Notes under the pieces: model-generated
What the model was told of the DNA's origin: nothing
The model's database searches: none
The model's input: the letters and a program-made list of their open reading frames with translations, nothing else
Shown: in pieces, positions 18,402 through 28,055 of the stretch
How positions within the stretch are numbered: the stretch's first letter is position 1
Layout: the number at the start of each line of letters is the position of its first letter
Program-made: the position numbers and the translations under genes
Assembly (NCBI GenBank): GCA_949297665.1
Contig: CASFTO010000076.1
Span: forward strand, 1-55,143
DNA length: 55,143 nucleotides
DNA from: an uncultured Alphaproteobacteria bacterium
Lineage (GTDB): Bacteria > Pseudomonadota > Alphaproteobacteria > RF32 > CAG-239
Direction: 5' to 3'

Positions 18402-19730
18402 ATGAAGTTTAAAGAATTAAAAGCAGATGGCTTGTGCCGTGAATATGATGTTACAATCAGCGCAGCAGATTTTAATGCAGAAGTTGAAAAAAAATTACAC
18501 TCTATTGCTAAAAATGTTAGCATGGCAGGTTTCCGTGCAGGTAAAGTTCCTTTTGCTATGGTACAGAAAAAATATCAAGCAAACGCTATGAGCGAAGCTT
18601 TGGATGATATGGTACGTGACGGTGTTAATGAACTTTTGAAAGAAAAAGAATTACGCCCTGTATTCACTCCTGATGTAGAATTGAAGAAATTTGAAGAAGG
18701 CAAAGATATTGAATTCAAAGTTTCTATGGAAATTATGCCTAAAATCGAATTAAAAGATTTCTCTTCTATTAAACTTGAAAAAGTTATGGCTGAAGTTCCA
18801 GCTGAGGAAGTTGAAAAGGCTTTGAATTATATGGCTGAAAGCCGTCGTGATACTATTAAAGTTGAAGAAGATCGCGCTACAGCTAAAGGTGATATTGCCG
18901 TTATTGATTTCGTTGGCTCTATTGATGGTGTTGAGTTCCCTGGAGGTAAAGGTGAAGCATATCCTCTTGAACTCGGTTCTAACTCCTTTATTCCGGGTTA
19001 TGAAGATCAACTTATTGGTAAAAAAGTTGGTGATGTTGTTGATGTTAAAGCAACCTTCCCTGAAAACTATCATGCAAAAGATTTAGCTGGTAAAGAAGCT
19101 CTGTTTGTTACAACTATTAAAGAAATCAGAGAAATCAAAAAAGCTGAAATCAATGATGAATTTGCTAAATCTATGGGTGAAGAAAATTTGGATAAACTGA
19201 AGGAAACAGTTAAATCAAAAATCGCTCAAGACTATGAAGCCGCTTCTAAGATGAAATTGAAACGTGCTTTGTTGGATGCTTTAGACAAAGCTTATAAGTT
19301 TGATGTTCCTGCTAAATTGGTTGATATGGAATATGAATCCATTGTTAAACAATATGAAAATGCAAAGAAGAACAATCAACTTGACGAAGAAGAAAAAGCT
19401 AAAAAAGAAGAAGATTTACTCAAAGAATATAAAGAAATTGCTGTTCGCAGAGTTAAATTGGGCTTGTTGTTGGCAGAAGTTGGTAACGATGCTAAAGTTG
19501 AAGTTACTCAAGAAGATATTAACAAAGCTATTATGGGTGAAGCTCAACGTTACCCGATGCAAGCTAAAGCTATCTTTGACTTCTATTTGAAAAATAAAGA
19601 GGCTATTGAACGCTTACGTACTTCTGTTTATGAAGAAAAAGTTATTGACTATGTTCTTTCTAAAGTTGAAACAAAAGAAAAGAAAGTTTCTGTTGAAGAA
19701 CTCTATAACTTTGATGAAAAAGCTGCTTAA
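18402..19730 (+). CDS. tig: Trigger factor
   Basis: GFRAGKVP ribosome-binding motif, FKBP domain (IDFVGSIDG, FIPGYEDQL, FPENYHAKDLAGK); downstream of tRNA-Leu. Confidence 0.98.
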   Translation: MKFKELKADGLCREYDVTISAADFNAEVEKKLHSIAKNVSMAGFRAGKVPFAMVQKKYQANAMSEALDDMVRDGVNELLKEKELRPVFTPDVELKKFEEGKDIEFKVSMEIMPKIELKDFSSIKLEKVMAEVPAEEVEKALNYMAESRRDTIKVEEDRATAKGDIAVIDFVGSIDGVEFPGGKGEAYPLELGSNSFIPGYEDQLIGKKVGDVVDVKATFPENYHAKDLAGKEALFVTTIKEIREIKKAEINDEFAKSMGEENLDKLKETVKSKIAQDYEAASKMKLKRALLDALDKAYKFDVPAKLVDMEYESIVKQYENAKKNNQLDEEEKAKKEEDLLKEYKEIAVRRVKLGLLLAEVGNDAKVEVTQEDINKAIMGEAQRYPMQAKAIFDFYLKNKEAIERLRTSVYEEKVIDYVLSKVETKEKKVSVEELYNFDEKAA

Positions 19731-19757
19731 TGAGTATACTTTCACTCTAGAAAGTGT

Positions 19758-19787
19758 AAGCCCTTGCTATTGCAGGGGCTTTTTTTT
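19758..19787 (+). terminator. Intrinsic terminator after tig
   Basis: AAGCCCTTGC/GCAGGGGCTT stem plus T8. Confidence 0.85.
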
Positions 19788-20246
19788 ATTAATAACCTGC
19801 CCAAAAACGAGTTTGCTAGGAGATGAATACCACGATGTTATTGGATCAACATCGTTCCACGCAAATTTGCATGATCAAAACGAAGATTTATGGATGATTT
19901 AGCCATTGATTTATTGAAGATATCTCTTCTTCAACGCATCTAAAAACTTTTTTTTTGCGATTTATTTGAATTTCACCTTGTTTTCTATATTTTCTATCAC
20001 ATCCTTTTTCTTCAAAATAAATTGCTATAAACGACTATAAACACGAAAAATTTAATCTCTCCCTGTTTCTCTATGCAAATATACACATCTAATTCACTTT
20101 TTTATTTTATCGTATTTAACAAAATTTTCCAGTCATAAACTTTCTTCACTCTGCAATATAACGTCCTTTTATTTTTGTCTAATTAACTATTGCATCCTTT
20201 ATATTTTTGTGATATCTGTAAAAGGTAAATTTTAAATTATTTAGTT

Positions 20247-20825
20247 ATGAAAAAGTTATGTATTTTTGTTGCATGTATCACAGCGTTATGTTCTTGTGAA
20301 CCAATATTTAACGGTAGTAATGAAATCGCTTCCAGTAATACAGATAAAACCACTCAAAAGGACATACAGAGTAGCACAAGCATATCTCGACAAGATTTCA
20401 GTATTTCCAACATTGTGAACAATGACACAGTTGTTGCGTCAATGCTCGTACAAGGCCGTAATTCAGGTTCTTCTCCGAGTGTTGCTTATGTACTTCTTGC
20501 CAGCGGTAGAGTATTGTGTTTTGACAAAGCTGTTACTTCTGCACCATTTACGCTAAAAGAAGCCAAAATCCTTTTGGAGGCACAAACACCGAATAATCGT
20601 GCTTATAAACATTTATCTTCACACAAAGGTTCTGTTGTGGAGACATTGATTGCTCATGGACGTAATTCTTCTGCTTCTCCAAGTGTCGCTTATGTTCTCT
20701 ATTCAAATGGTCGTGTAGTGTGCTTTAGCAAAGCTGCTATTACAAAGCCATTTACTCTTGAAGAAGCTAAAATCCTCTTAAAGGCTAAGTCTCAAGGTAA
20801 ATTAGTCTATAATAGCGCTGATTAA
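20247..20825 (+). CDS. Hypothetical lipoprotein with an internal two-copy domain
   Basis: MKK + hydrophobic stretch + LCSC lipobox; residues 61-113 and 129-181 are duplicates. Confidence 0.8.
   Translation: MKKLCIFVACITALCSCEPIFNGSNEIASSNTDKTTQKDIQSSTSISRQDFSISNIVNNDTVVASMLVQGRNSGSSPSVAYVLLASGRVLCFDKAVTSAPFTLKEAKILLEAQTPNNRAYKHLSSHKGSVVETLIAHGRNSSASPSVAYVLYSNGRVVCFSKAAITKPFTLEEAKILLKAKSQGKLVYNSAD
20427..20789 (+). repeat. Intragenic duplication (20427-20585 and 20631-20789; 68-codon period)
   Basis: GRNSGSSPSVAYVLLASGRVLCFDKA..PFTLKEAKILL versus GRNSSASPSVAYVLYSNGRVVCFSKA..PFTLEEAKILL. Confidence 0.9.
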
Positions 20826-20964
20826 TGTTTTATCCTCTTTATTTCTACGGTTCTTTTTAACCGTCGTTTTATTTGAGATAATTCTTTTGTTGACAAAGGA
20901 TTTTTTCTGCTTTATATGCTTTTCGTTTTTTTAATTATTTTGTTTTTTCTAAATTAATACTATT

Positions 20965-21108
20965 ATGAGTAAAAGTGAAATGATGATTGTCGGAAAAATC
21001 ATTCTGGCATTTTCGGTGTTTTTTATTATCGTTATTTTGGCTATTCTTTGCGTGCGTTGTATGTACAACACACCTCTCCCGTATAATTACGGTTATCATT
21101 TATGGTGA
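20965..21108 (+). CDS. Small single-pass membrane protein (47 aa, not in ORF track)
   Basis: MSKSEMMIVGKIILAFSVFFIIVILAILCVRCMYNTPLPYNYGYHLW*; TTGACA at 20890 upstream and a terminator directly downstream. Confidence 0.6.
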   Translation: MSKSEMMIVGKIILAFSVFFIIVILAILCVRCMYNTPLPYNYGYHLW

Positions 21109-21125
21109 AAAAACGATATACTTCG

Positions 21126-21165
21126 CAAAAGACTGTTTGAAAAACTCAAACAGTCTTTTGTTTTT
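21126..21165 (+). terminator. Intrinsic terminator
   Basis: Perfect 15-bp stem CAAAAGACTGTTTGA/TCAAACAGTCTTTTG plus T-tract. Confidence 0.85.
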
Positions 21166-21181
21166 GTAAAAACTTTTAAAT

Positions 21182-21210
21182 TTGACAAATATCCTTTTAT
21201 TTTTTATGAT
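21182..21210 (+). promoter_or_regulatory. Sigma70-type promoter
   Basis: TTGACA-N17-TATGAT upstream of the ATG at 21253. Confidence 0.75.
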
Positions 21211-21252
21211 TGCGTTAGTTTAATATTATTGTTTCACTTAAATTTTACAATT

Positions 21253-21807
21253 ATGGATAAGGATAAGATTAAAGATTTTTTTGAATCATTCATAGGTACA
21301 TGTCGTATAGTTGTCCCTGCGCTCATTTTTACGTTTGGGTTTATTTATCTAGATACTAAACTGAAAGAGCAACGAGAGATTGAAAATCCAGGGTATTATA
21401 TCTTTGCAGTTAAAGAAAATCATAAATCTGAACGTCTGTTAGATTGGGCGCCCATGGATTCAGTAAAATCCTATTTTGAAGCATCGGCTATTTCTTCTAG
21501 TGGATATTCCCATTCTCTTTTTTATTGTTTGTTAAAAAGCGGAAATGTGGCTATTTTCTGCCAGAAAGGCATAGATTTTCTTGATATATTACCATATACT
21601 CCTGAAGTAGCTTTTCTTATTTTAGCTACAAAAAATGATTCTACTTTAGTGAGTGTTGAGGATTTTTCTGAACGGGTTAAACAATCTGTTTTATCTTCAG
21701 CTTCTGAAAAAAAAGAACCTTTGCCTCAGCAAGACGATGAAGATGACGCTGTTGATATAATTAGGACTTATATGCAAACTACCGGAAATGGCAATGTTCC
21801 TTTTTAG
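21253..21807 (+). CDS. Hypothetical membrane-anchored protein with one copy of the domain duplicated in 20247-20825
   Basis: TM near N-terminus; SHSLFYCLLKSGNVAIFCQKG...PYTPEVAFLILA; own promoter and terminator. Confidence 0.7.
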   Translation: MDKDKIKDFFESFIGTCRIVVPALIFTFGFIYLDTKLKEQREIENPGYYIFAVKENHKSERLLDWAPMDSVKSYFEASAISSSGYSHSLFYCLLKSGNVAIFCQKGIDFLDILPYTPEVAFLILATKNDSTLVSVEDFSERVKQSVLSSASEKKEPLPQQDDEDDAVDIIRTYMQTTGNGNVPF

Positions 21808-21822
21808 TCTTTTTCGTATGAT

Positions 21823-21856
21823 AAAGCCTGTTCTCTTTCTGAGTGCAGGCTTTTTT
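21823..21856 (+). terminator. Intrinsic terminator
   Basis: AAAGCCTG/CAGGCTTT stem plus T-tract. Confidence 0.7.
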
Positions 21857-22010
21857 GATACCTATTTTCATTTTACAGGCAAATATTTTTTATTTCTAAG
21901 CATTTGTATGTGACAACTTTTTCTTGATCTATAAACTATTTTTTAGTTGAAAAAATATCTTGCTTTTGATAGATGTACTCTTAGTTTGTTTTATTTTTCA
22001 AGAGGTTGCT

Positions 22011-22874
22011 ATGCTAAAAGTCGGTATGGATATATTGATGGATTCATTGTATGAAACATTGGCATTGTTTCCCTACCTATTTCTGACATATTTAGCATTA
22101 GAGTTTTTAGAACACAAAATGTCCAAAAGAACTCTGGCATACATCAAAAAATCCGGAAAATACGGACCATTTATCGGGGGTATCCTTGGGCTTATTCCTC
22201 AATGCGGTTTCTCCGTTGCAGCGGCTAATCTCTACACTACTGGAATTATTACTTTAGGTGCTTTGCTCGCTATATTTCTTTCTACATCCGATGAGATGTT
22301 GCCTATTCTAATCTCTGGCGGAGTTAGCATGTCGCTTATTTCTCAAATACTCTGCATTAAGGTCTTTTTTGCTATTGTCTGCGGTATTATGATTGATTTA
22401 TTTTTACCGCAGAAATTCATTCGGCACAAACGTGAACCAGAAATTGAAGCCTTTTGTAAACGTGAGAAATGTCAGTGCGATGACAAAGATAATATCTGGC
22501 ATTCAGCCTTTAAGCATACCGAAAAAATCAGCTTGTTTATCTTTTTCTTCTCTCTGATTATTAATGCTGTTTTTGTATTATGGGGAAGAGAAACTATTCA
22601 CGATATATTGATTGGTGCTCCGATTTTTAGCAAATTTATTGCTGCCGGTGTAGGACTTATTCCCAGCTGCGCTCCTTCTGTTTTATTATCGCAGCTTTAT
22701 GTTGATAATGCAATTTCTCTGGGAACTATGCTTGCAGGTACCCTTAGCAATGCCGGCTTAGGTTATTTCGTTCTTTATCGGGTTAATCCGAATAAAATTG
22801 AGAATTTCCGCATTCTTATCCTTTTATACGGATTAGGCGTTGGATGCGGTATTATCTCAGAAATCTTATTTTAA
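22011..22874 (+). CDS. Putative manganese/metal transporter (ArsP-related permease family)
   Basis: LGLIPQCGFS...LY..G.ITLG.L.AIFLSTSDE and GLIPSCAPSV..SQLY repeat motifs; Cys/His central loop. Confidence 0.8.
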   Translation: MLKVGMDILMDSLYETLALFPYLFLTYLALEFLEHKMSKRTLAYIKKSGKYGPFIGGILGLIPQCGFSVAAANLYTTGIITLGALLAIFLSTSDEMLPILISGGVSMSLISQILCIKVFFAIVCGIMIDLFLPQKFIRHKREPEIEAFCKREKCQCDDKDNIWHSAFKHTEKISLFIFFFSLIINAVFVLWGRETIHDILIGAPIFSKFIAAGVGLIPSCAPSVLLSQLYVDNAISLGTMLAGTLSNAGLGYFVLYRVNPNKIENFRILILLYGLGVGCGIISEILF

Positions 22875-23714
22875 TCATTCTTGATAATGCTTACGCAACA
22901 GCTCTATTTCTTTTGCATATCCGTCTAATTCATTTGGAGTTTCTAAATTGATAGGTATTCCTTTTAAGGCCGGATGGTTTACAAAACGAATTATAGCATT
23001 CTCTCCTAAACTTCCTTTACCTAAGCACTCATGACGATCCTTATGAGAATTAAACTCGGTCATACTGTCGTTTAAGTGAATTGCTTGCAGACGATTTAAT
23101 CCAATTATCTTGTCAAATTCTTCCAACACTTCATCTAAACGGTTAACTATATCATAGCCGGCGGAATAAACGTGACATGTGTCTAAACATACCCCCAACT
23201 TTTCCGGCGCATTGATTTTTGCTTTGGCAATAATCTCTGCAAGCTCCTCAAAGCGAGAGCCGACTTCACTCCCTTTGCCGGACATTGTTTCTAGCAACAC
23301 CGTCGTATTTTTTGCCTCAGGCATAACTGCATCCAATATTTCCACTATTTGAGGAATCGCAATTTCTAATCCCTGCCCGACATGTGATCCAGGATGAAAA
23401 TTATATAAATTTCCGGGGATATTTTCCATCCGCCTTAAATCATCGGCAAATACATTTTGCGCAAATTCTCTGGTTGATGCATCTTTTGAGCATGGATTTA
23501 ATGTATATGGTGCATGGGCTAAAATTTTCCCAAACTTGTTCTCAGATGCGATTTTTTTGTATTCTGCTATATCTTCTGACTTTATGTCTTTTGCCGCACC
23601 ACCACGGGGATTACGTAAAAAGAATTGAAAAGTATTCGCTTTTAATTTTACCGCAGTTTTCCCCATAGCTGCAAAACCGCCTGCTGATGATAAATGGCAT
23701 CCGAGATATAACAT
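22875..23714 (-). CDS. nfo: Endonuclease IV
   Basis: [43 protein letters not shown]. Confidence 0.97.
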   Translation of the reverse strand: MLYLGCHLSSAGGFAAMGKTAVKLKANTFQFFLRNPRGGAAKDIKSEDIAEYKKIASENKFGKILAHAPYTLNPCSKDASTREFAQNVFADDLRRMENIPGNLYNFHPGSHVGQGLEIAIPQIVEILDAVMPEAKNTTVLLETMSGKGSEVGSRFEELAEIIAKAKINAPEKLGVCLDTCHVYSAGYDIVNRLDEVLEEFDKIIGLNRLQAIHLNDSMTEFNSHKDRHECLGKGSLGENAIIRFVNHPALKGIPINLETPNELDGYAKEIELLRKHYQE

Positions 23715-23848
23715 TTTTCCCTCTTCTTTTTAATTAATTCTCTTTATTGCTATATCTTTTTACTTTTATCGTCAATTTTTTTTGTGAACATATCAAAAAA
23801 AGCTTGTAATCTTATTTTTTTTTGTGTAGATATATTGTCGTTGAACAT

Positions 23849-23925
23849 CGGAACGTAGTTCAGCCTGGTAGAACGCTGCGTTCGGGTCGCAGAGGTCAGT
23901 GGTTCGAATCCACCCGTTCCGACCA
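23849..23925 (+). tRNA. tRNA-Pro (anticodon CGG)
   Basis: CGGAACG/CGTTCCG-ACCA acceptor; CTGCG-TT-CGG-GT-CGCAG anticodon arm; GTTCGAAT T-loop. Confidence 0.95.
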
Positions 23926-24026
23926 TTTTTTGTCGCTCTTCCGAGCGGCTTTTTTTTATATTTTTTGCCCCCTATAGTGAAAATGCAAAACTATTGATTA
24001 TATCTTCTTTGTGAGGAGTTTTGTTG

Positions 24027-24443
24027 ATGGTTAAAGTTTTTGTTTCCGGTTGCTTTGATGTTTTACATAGCGGGCATATTCGTTTTTTTGAAGAAGCAGC
24101 GCAGTATGGAGATTTATATGTTTCTATCGGTTCTGATAAAACTGTTGCAGAATTAAAGCATCGCCCGACACTTTATAACGAACAAGAACGTCTTTATATG
24201 GTTTCGGCCCTTAAATATGTTAAAGTCGCTTTTATTGCAAAGGGTACCGGAAAATTAGACTTCTTATATGAACTTAAGGAAATTAAACCGGATATATTTT
24301 TTGTTAATGCTGATGGTGATTCTTCTGAAAAAAGAAATGCTGTTGAGGCTCTCGGTATCCGTTATATTGTCAGTAATCGTATTCCCAAAAATTTACTCCC
24401 TATTCGCTCGACAACTTCTATCCGACAAATTTTACATCAATAA
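24027..24443 (+). CDS. Cytidylyltransferase/adenylyltransferase-like protein (TagD/RfaE-domain-II family)
   Basis: GCFDVLHSGH (HxGH), ER..MV..L.YV, C-terminal RSTTSIR; SD GAGGAG. Confidence 0.85.
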   Translation: MVKVFVSGCFDVLHSGHIRFFEEAAQYGDLYVSIGSDKTVAELKHRPTLYNEQERLYMVSALKYVKVAFIAKGTGKLDFLYELKEIKPDIFFVNADGDSSEKRNAVEALGIRYIVSNRIPKNLLPIRSTTSIRQILHQ

Positions 24444-24455
24444 TTTTCGGAATAT

Positions 24456-24491
24456 AAAAACCCCGCTTGATTACTGCGGGGTTTTGTTTTT
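24456..24491. terminator. Bidirectional intrinsic terminator
   Basis: AAAACCCCGC/GCGGGGTTTT stem between convergent genes. Confidence 0.8.
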
Positions 24492-24506
24492 CCTATGAGC
24501 TATGCC

Positions 24507-24890
24507 CTAGTCTGCATTCTTTTTGGTTTGTGCAGACAAATCGTCTGCAATACGTGCAGAACGACCACGCAATGCGCGCAAGAAGTACAATTTTGCTCTT
24601 CTTACTTTACCTACACGAGTAACTTCGATTTTGGCTACGTTTGGAGAGTACAACGGGAATACACGTTCTACACCTTCACCAAATGAAATCTTACGAACCG
24701 TAAATGATGAATTTAAGCCATCATTCTTACGGGCAATGCATACACCTTCGTAAATTTGGATACGTTCACGATCGCCTTCTTTTACTTTGGTGTGAACTTT
24801 AAGGGTATCACCAGCTTTGAAATCTGGAATGTTCTTTCCTTCAGTCAATTTGGCTACTTGCTCTTGTTCAATATTCTCTAAAATATTCAT
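24507..24890 (-). CDS. rplS: 50S ribosomal protein L19
   Basis: [46 protein letters not shown]. Confidence 0.98.
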   Translation of the reverse strand: MNILENIEQEQVAKLTEGKNIPDFKAGDTLKVHTKVKEGDRERIQIYEGVCIARKNDGLNSSFTVRKISFGEGVERVFPLYSPNVAKIEVTRVGKVRRAKLYFLRALRGRSARIADDLSAQTKKNAD

Positions 24891-24929
24891 CAGTTTTACC
24901 TTTTTATAAAATTTTTTAACTTTATACAC

Positions 24930-25622
24930 CTAACTATTTTTAGAATCAAGATATTTCTTAAATAGGTCAGGCCGTTTAGCTTTCGTTGCGATTTCGGCTT
25001 GTTCTCTTCGCCAGGATTCAATTTTTTGATGATGCCCCGATAACAATATTTCCGGAACGCTCCGACCTTTCCACTCTATCGGTCGAGTGTATTGCGGATA
25101 TTCCAATAAATTGCTCTCGAAACTCTCATCTTCTATTGATGCTTCATTTCCTAACACACCGGGCAATAATCTTATCACTGAGTCTAACATTATTTGCGCC
25201 GCCTGTTCGCCTCCGGTCAAAATGTAATCGCCGATACTTACTTCTTCCACTTTGTATTCTTCAATGATACGCTCGTCTATACCTTCAAATCTTCCGCATA
25301 TTATCGTTATGTTCTCTTCTTTTGAAAGTTCATGACTTAATTTTTGTGTCAGAGGTTTTCCTCGCGGGCTCATATATATAATCCGTCCGCCTTGGTAATT
25401 CGCTTCTATCGCTTTTCCCAATATATCCGCACGCATTATCATGCCGGCACCTCCGCCACATGGTGTATCATCGACCGATTTGTGTTTATCTTCAGCATAA
25501 TCGCGAATATTTATGGCTTCAATTTGCCACTTCTTTTCTTCCAGTGCCTTTCCTGTCAATGAATAGCCCAAAAAGCCGGGAAATATTTCAGGAAACACCG
25601 TCAGAACTTTTACACTTAGCAT
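24930..25622 (-). CDS. trmD: tRNA (guanine-N1)-methyltransferase
   Basis: VDDTPCGGGAGM, SPRG, CGRFEGIDER, SIGDYILTGGE, LLEYPQYTRP. Confidence 0.98.
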   Translation of the reverse strand: MLSVKVLTVFPEIFPGFLGYSLTGKALEEKKWQIEAINIRDYAEDKHKSVDDTPCGGGAGMIMRADILGKAIEANYQGGRIIYMSPRGKPLTQKLSHELSKEENITIICGRFEGIDERIIEEYKVEEVSIGDYILTGGEQAAQIMLDSVIRLLPGVLGNEASIEDESFESNLLEYPQYTRPIEWKGRSVPEILLSGHHQKIESWRREQAEIATKAKRPDLFKKYLDSKNS

Positions 25623-26152
25623 TCTTTAGAACCTTCTTCGTCTTCTATGAATACCATACCGGTTGACGCAACAATAATATAGCCTTCCTCCAGATTTATT
25701 TCCGGTACATACCCTTTGTTAAAAGGCAGCATCTCCGAGCGCCCGCTTTTTAGCTTTATTTCCAAAATATCTCCGGCGCCGAAATTATAAAATCCCGTTA
25801 CCTTCGCTACTTCCTTCTTTTCGGCATCAAGTACTTTTAATCCCACTAAATCGGTTTCATAATACTCTTCTTCCGCTTTGATTTCAGGAAGAACGCCTCT
25901 TGGCGCATAAAGCTCTGTTCCTATCAGGGTTTCAGCCGCAGTACGGTCTTCAACTCCTAAAACTTTGACGCGAAGCAAATCTTTTGAATGGCCGGTAACC
26001 TTTAAGTTAAAATGTTTTGTCGCAGTCTTATCTTCCAACGTTCCATAGCTCGCTATGTCTTTGTCTACAACTGTATAGCTTTTGACTTTGACTTCGCCCT
26101 TTATACCATGTACGCCGACTATTTTGCCTAAACAAACGCGTTTTTCACTCAT
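25616..26152 (-). CDS. rimM: Ribosome maturation factor RimM
   Basis: GKI.GVHGIKGEV, DR..AE.L.G, NFGAGDILEI; rpsP-rimM-trmD-rplS operon. Confidence 0.96.
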   Translation of the reverse strand: MSEKRVCLGKIVGVHGIKGEVKVKSYTVVDKDIASYGTLEDKTATKHFNLKVTGHSKDLLRVKVLGVEDRTAAETLIGTELYAPRGVLPEIKAEEEYYETDLVGLKVLDAEKKEVAKVTGFYNFGAGDILEIKLKSGRSEMLPFNKGYVPEINLEEGYIIVASTGMVFIEDEEGSKEC

Positions 26153-26201
26153 CTGATTACCTATCGCAACATATTCTTATTTTTTACAAAAGAATTTCAG
26201 A

Positions 26202-26594
26202 TTAGGCCTCAGCTGATGTTTCTTCAGCTGCTACGGCGGCTGCTTCCGCTGCGGCTTTGGCCTTTTCTTCTTTTTCTTTAATTCTCTCTAAAGCCTTAGC
26301 TTTCGGAGCAGATTTCTTTGGTTGATTGTGAATTTTCGGTGCTTCACAAATTCCTAAATTCGCAAACAATTTTTGCAATCTTTCTGTTGGTTGTGCACCT
26401 TTAGCAAGCCAAGATCTTACTTTTTCAATATCAAGAACTAATCTGTCTTGATGATCTTGCGGCAATAATGGATTATAAGAACCCAATTTTTCAATAAATC
26501 TACCGTCACGAGGTGCTCTTTGATCGGCAGCTACTACGCGATAGTATGGGTGCTTCTTTGATCCACCGCGAGAAAGTCTAATACGAACTGTCAT
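26202..26594 (-). CDS. rpsP: 30S ribosomal protein S16
   Basis: IRLSRGGSKK.PYYRVV.AD.R.PRDGRFIEKLG.YNP, WL.KGAQPT. Confidence 0.98.
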   Translation of the reverse strand: MTVRIRLSRGGSKKHPYYRVVAADQRAPRDGRFIEKLGSYNPLLPQDHQDRLVLDIEKVRSWLAKGAQPTERLQKLFANLGICEAPKIHNQPKKSAPKAKALERIKEKEEKAKAAAEAAAVAAEETSAEA

Positions 26595-26634
26595 TTTTTT
26601 CCTTTCCAGTTATTTATTTGTTTCGTTCTTCCGC

Positions 26635-28017
26635 TTAAAACGGAAATTTGTTGTTAAACCCGCCAAAGGTATTGCCTCCAAACGGATTATTTTTCATAAA
26701 ACGGGTTGCAAGAGTGCTCATGCCTCCTAACTTTCCCATTCTTTTCATCATGGTTGACATTTGCTCATAGGATTTAAGCAACTTGTTCACTTCATGAACC
26801 TCTACTCCGGCTCCGGCCGCTATTCTTTTTTTACGAGATGCTTTTATTATATCAGGATTGCGGCGCTCGCCTTTGGTCATCGACAAGATTATGGCTTCTT
26901 GCCTTTTCATCATCGCATCGGCATTGGCCGCTTCTATTTGTTCTTTATATTTACTTAATCCGGGGAGCATTCCCATAATATTGGATACGGAGCCCAATTT
27001 CTTCATCTGGCGAATCTGATTGAGCATATCCTCCAAATCAAATTTGCCTTTCATCATCTTTTTGGCCATAGCCTCTGTTTCTTCTTTATCCAGATTTTCT
27101 ACGGCTTTTTCTACAAGACTGACGACATCACCTTTATCTAATATTCTTCCGGCAAGTCTGTCTGCATGAAATTCTTCTATATCTTCTAATTTTTCACCGG
27201 TTCCTAAAAACTTCAAAGGAGCTCCTGAAACCATCTTCATTGATAATGCGGCACCGGCACGAGATGAACCATCTATTCTAGTTAATACCAATCCGGTAAT
27301 ACCGACTTTTTCATTAAATTCTTTGGCGACATTACAAGCCTCCTGCCCTATAAGAGAATCGGCAACCAGTAATGTTTCGGTCGGGTGTGCCAACTTTTTA
27401 ACGGCGGCAACCTCATCCATCAATTTTTCATCTATTTGCAGACGGCCAGCCGTGTCTAAAATCAATACATCATAAACACCTTTTTGACCAGCAGAGATAG
27501 CGCGTTTGGTTATTTCCAAAGGCTTTTCTCCGGCAACTATCGGCAAAACATCCACATTGATTTGTTTACCTAATTGAGCTAGTTGCTCTTGCGCAGCAGG
27601 ACGATAAACGTCTAATGATGCCATTAATACACGTTTATTCTTTTTTAATTTCAAAGCTATTTTTGCCGAGGTTGTAGTTTTACCAGAACCTTGCAAACCA
27701 ACCATCAAAATAACTGCCGGTGGAACTGCTTTGAAATTTAATTCTGTGCTATTGCCTCCCAATAATTCTATCAACTCATCATAAACGATTTTTACGAGTT
27801 GTTGGTCAGGACGGATAGACTTGATAACTTTTTCGCCAAGAGCTTTTTCTTTTACTCTGGCCATAAATTCTTTAATAACGCTCAAGGAAACATCTGCTTC
27901 TAACAAAGCTAAGCGAATCTCTCTTAACCCCTCTTCAATGTCCTTTTCTTTAAGAACACCGCGAGAGCCTAAACGACCGAATATGTCACTCAACTTTGTT
28001 GTTAATGCGTCAAACAT
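26635..28017 (-). CDS. ffh: Signal recognition particle protein
   Basis: GLQGSGKTT, DVYRPAA, DTAGR, Met-rich M domain (SRKKRIAAGAG). Confidence 0.99.
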   Translation of the reverse strand: MFDALTTKLSDIFGRLGSRGVLKEKDIEEGLREIRLALLEADVSLSVIKEFMARVKEKALGEKVIKSIRPDQQLVKIVYDELIELLGGNSTELNFKAVPPAVILMVGLQGSGKTTTSAKIALKLKKNKRVLMASLDVYRPAAQEQLAQLGKQINVDVLPIVAGEKPLEITKRAISAGQKGVYDVLILDTAGRLQIDEKLMDEVAAVKKLAHPTETLLVADSLIGQEACNVAKEFNEKVGITGLVLTRIDGSSRAGAALSMKMVSGAPLKFLGTGEKLEDIEEFHADRLAGRILDKGDVVSLVEKAVENLDKEETEAMAKKMMKGKFDLEDMLNQIRQMKKLGSVSNIMGMLPGLSKYKEQIEAANADAMMKRQEAIILSMTKGERRNPDIIKASRKKRIAAGAGVEVHEVNKLLKSYEQMSTMMKRMGKLGGMSTLATRFMKNNPFGGNTFGGFNNKFPF

Positions 28018-28055
28018 TTGTTTCCTTTTGTTTTTCCTTCATATTAGTAAAAAAA

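Noticed and set aside
19790-20160. Possible decayed gene on the minus strand (fragments YFEEKGCDRKYRKQGEI.., FLDALKKRYLQ, WNDVDPITSWY)
   Set aside because: Fragments are short, in different frames and not assignable to any family
20965-21807. Fusion of the 47-aa ORF with the 21253 gene by TGA readthrough (same frame, no other stop)
   Set aside because: The intervening DNA contains a perfect terminator and a consensus TTGACA-N17-TATGAT promoter, so two separate genes is more parsimonious
18275-23925. tRNA-anchored integrated element between tRNA-Leu and tRNA-Pro
   Set aside because: No integrase and no duplicated tRNA 3' end; the interval includes core genes (tig, nfo)
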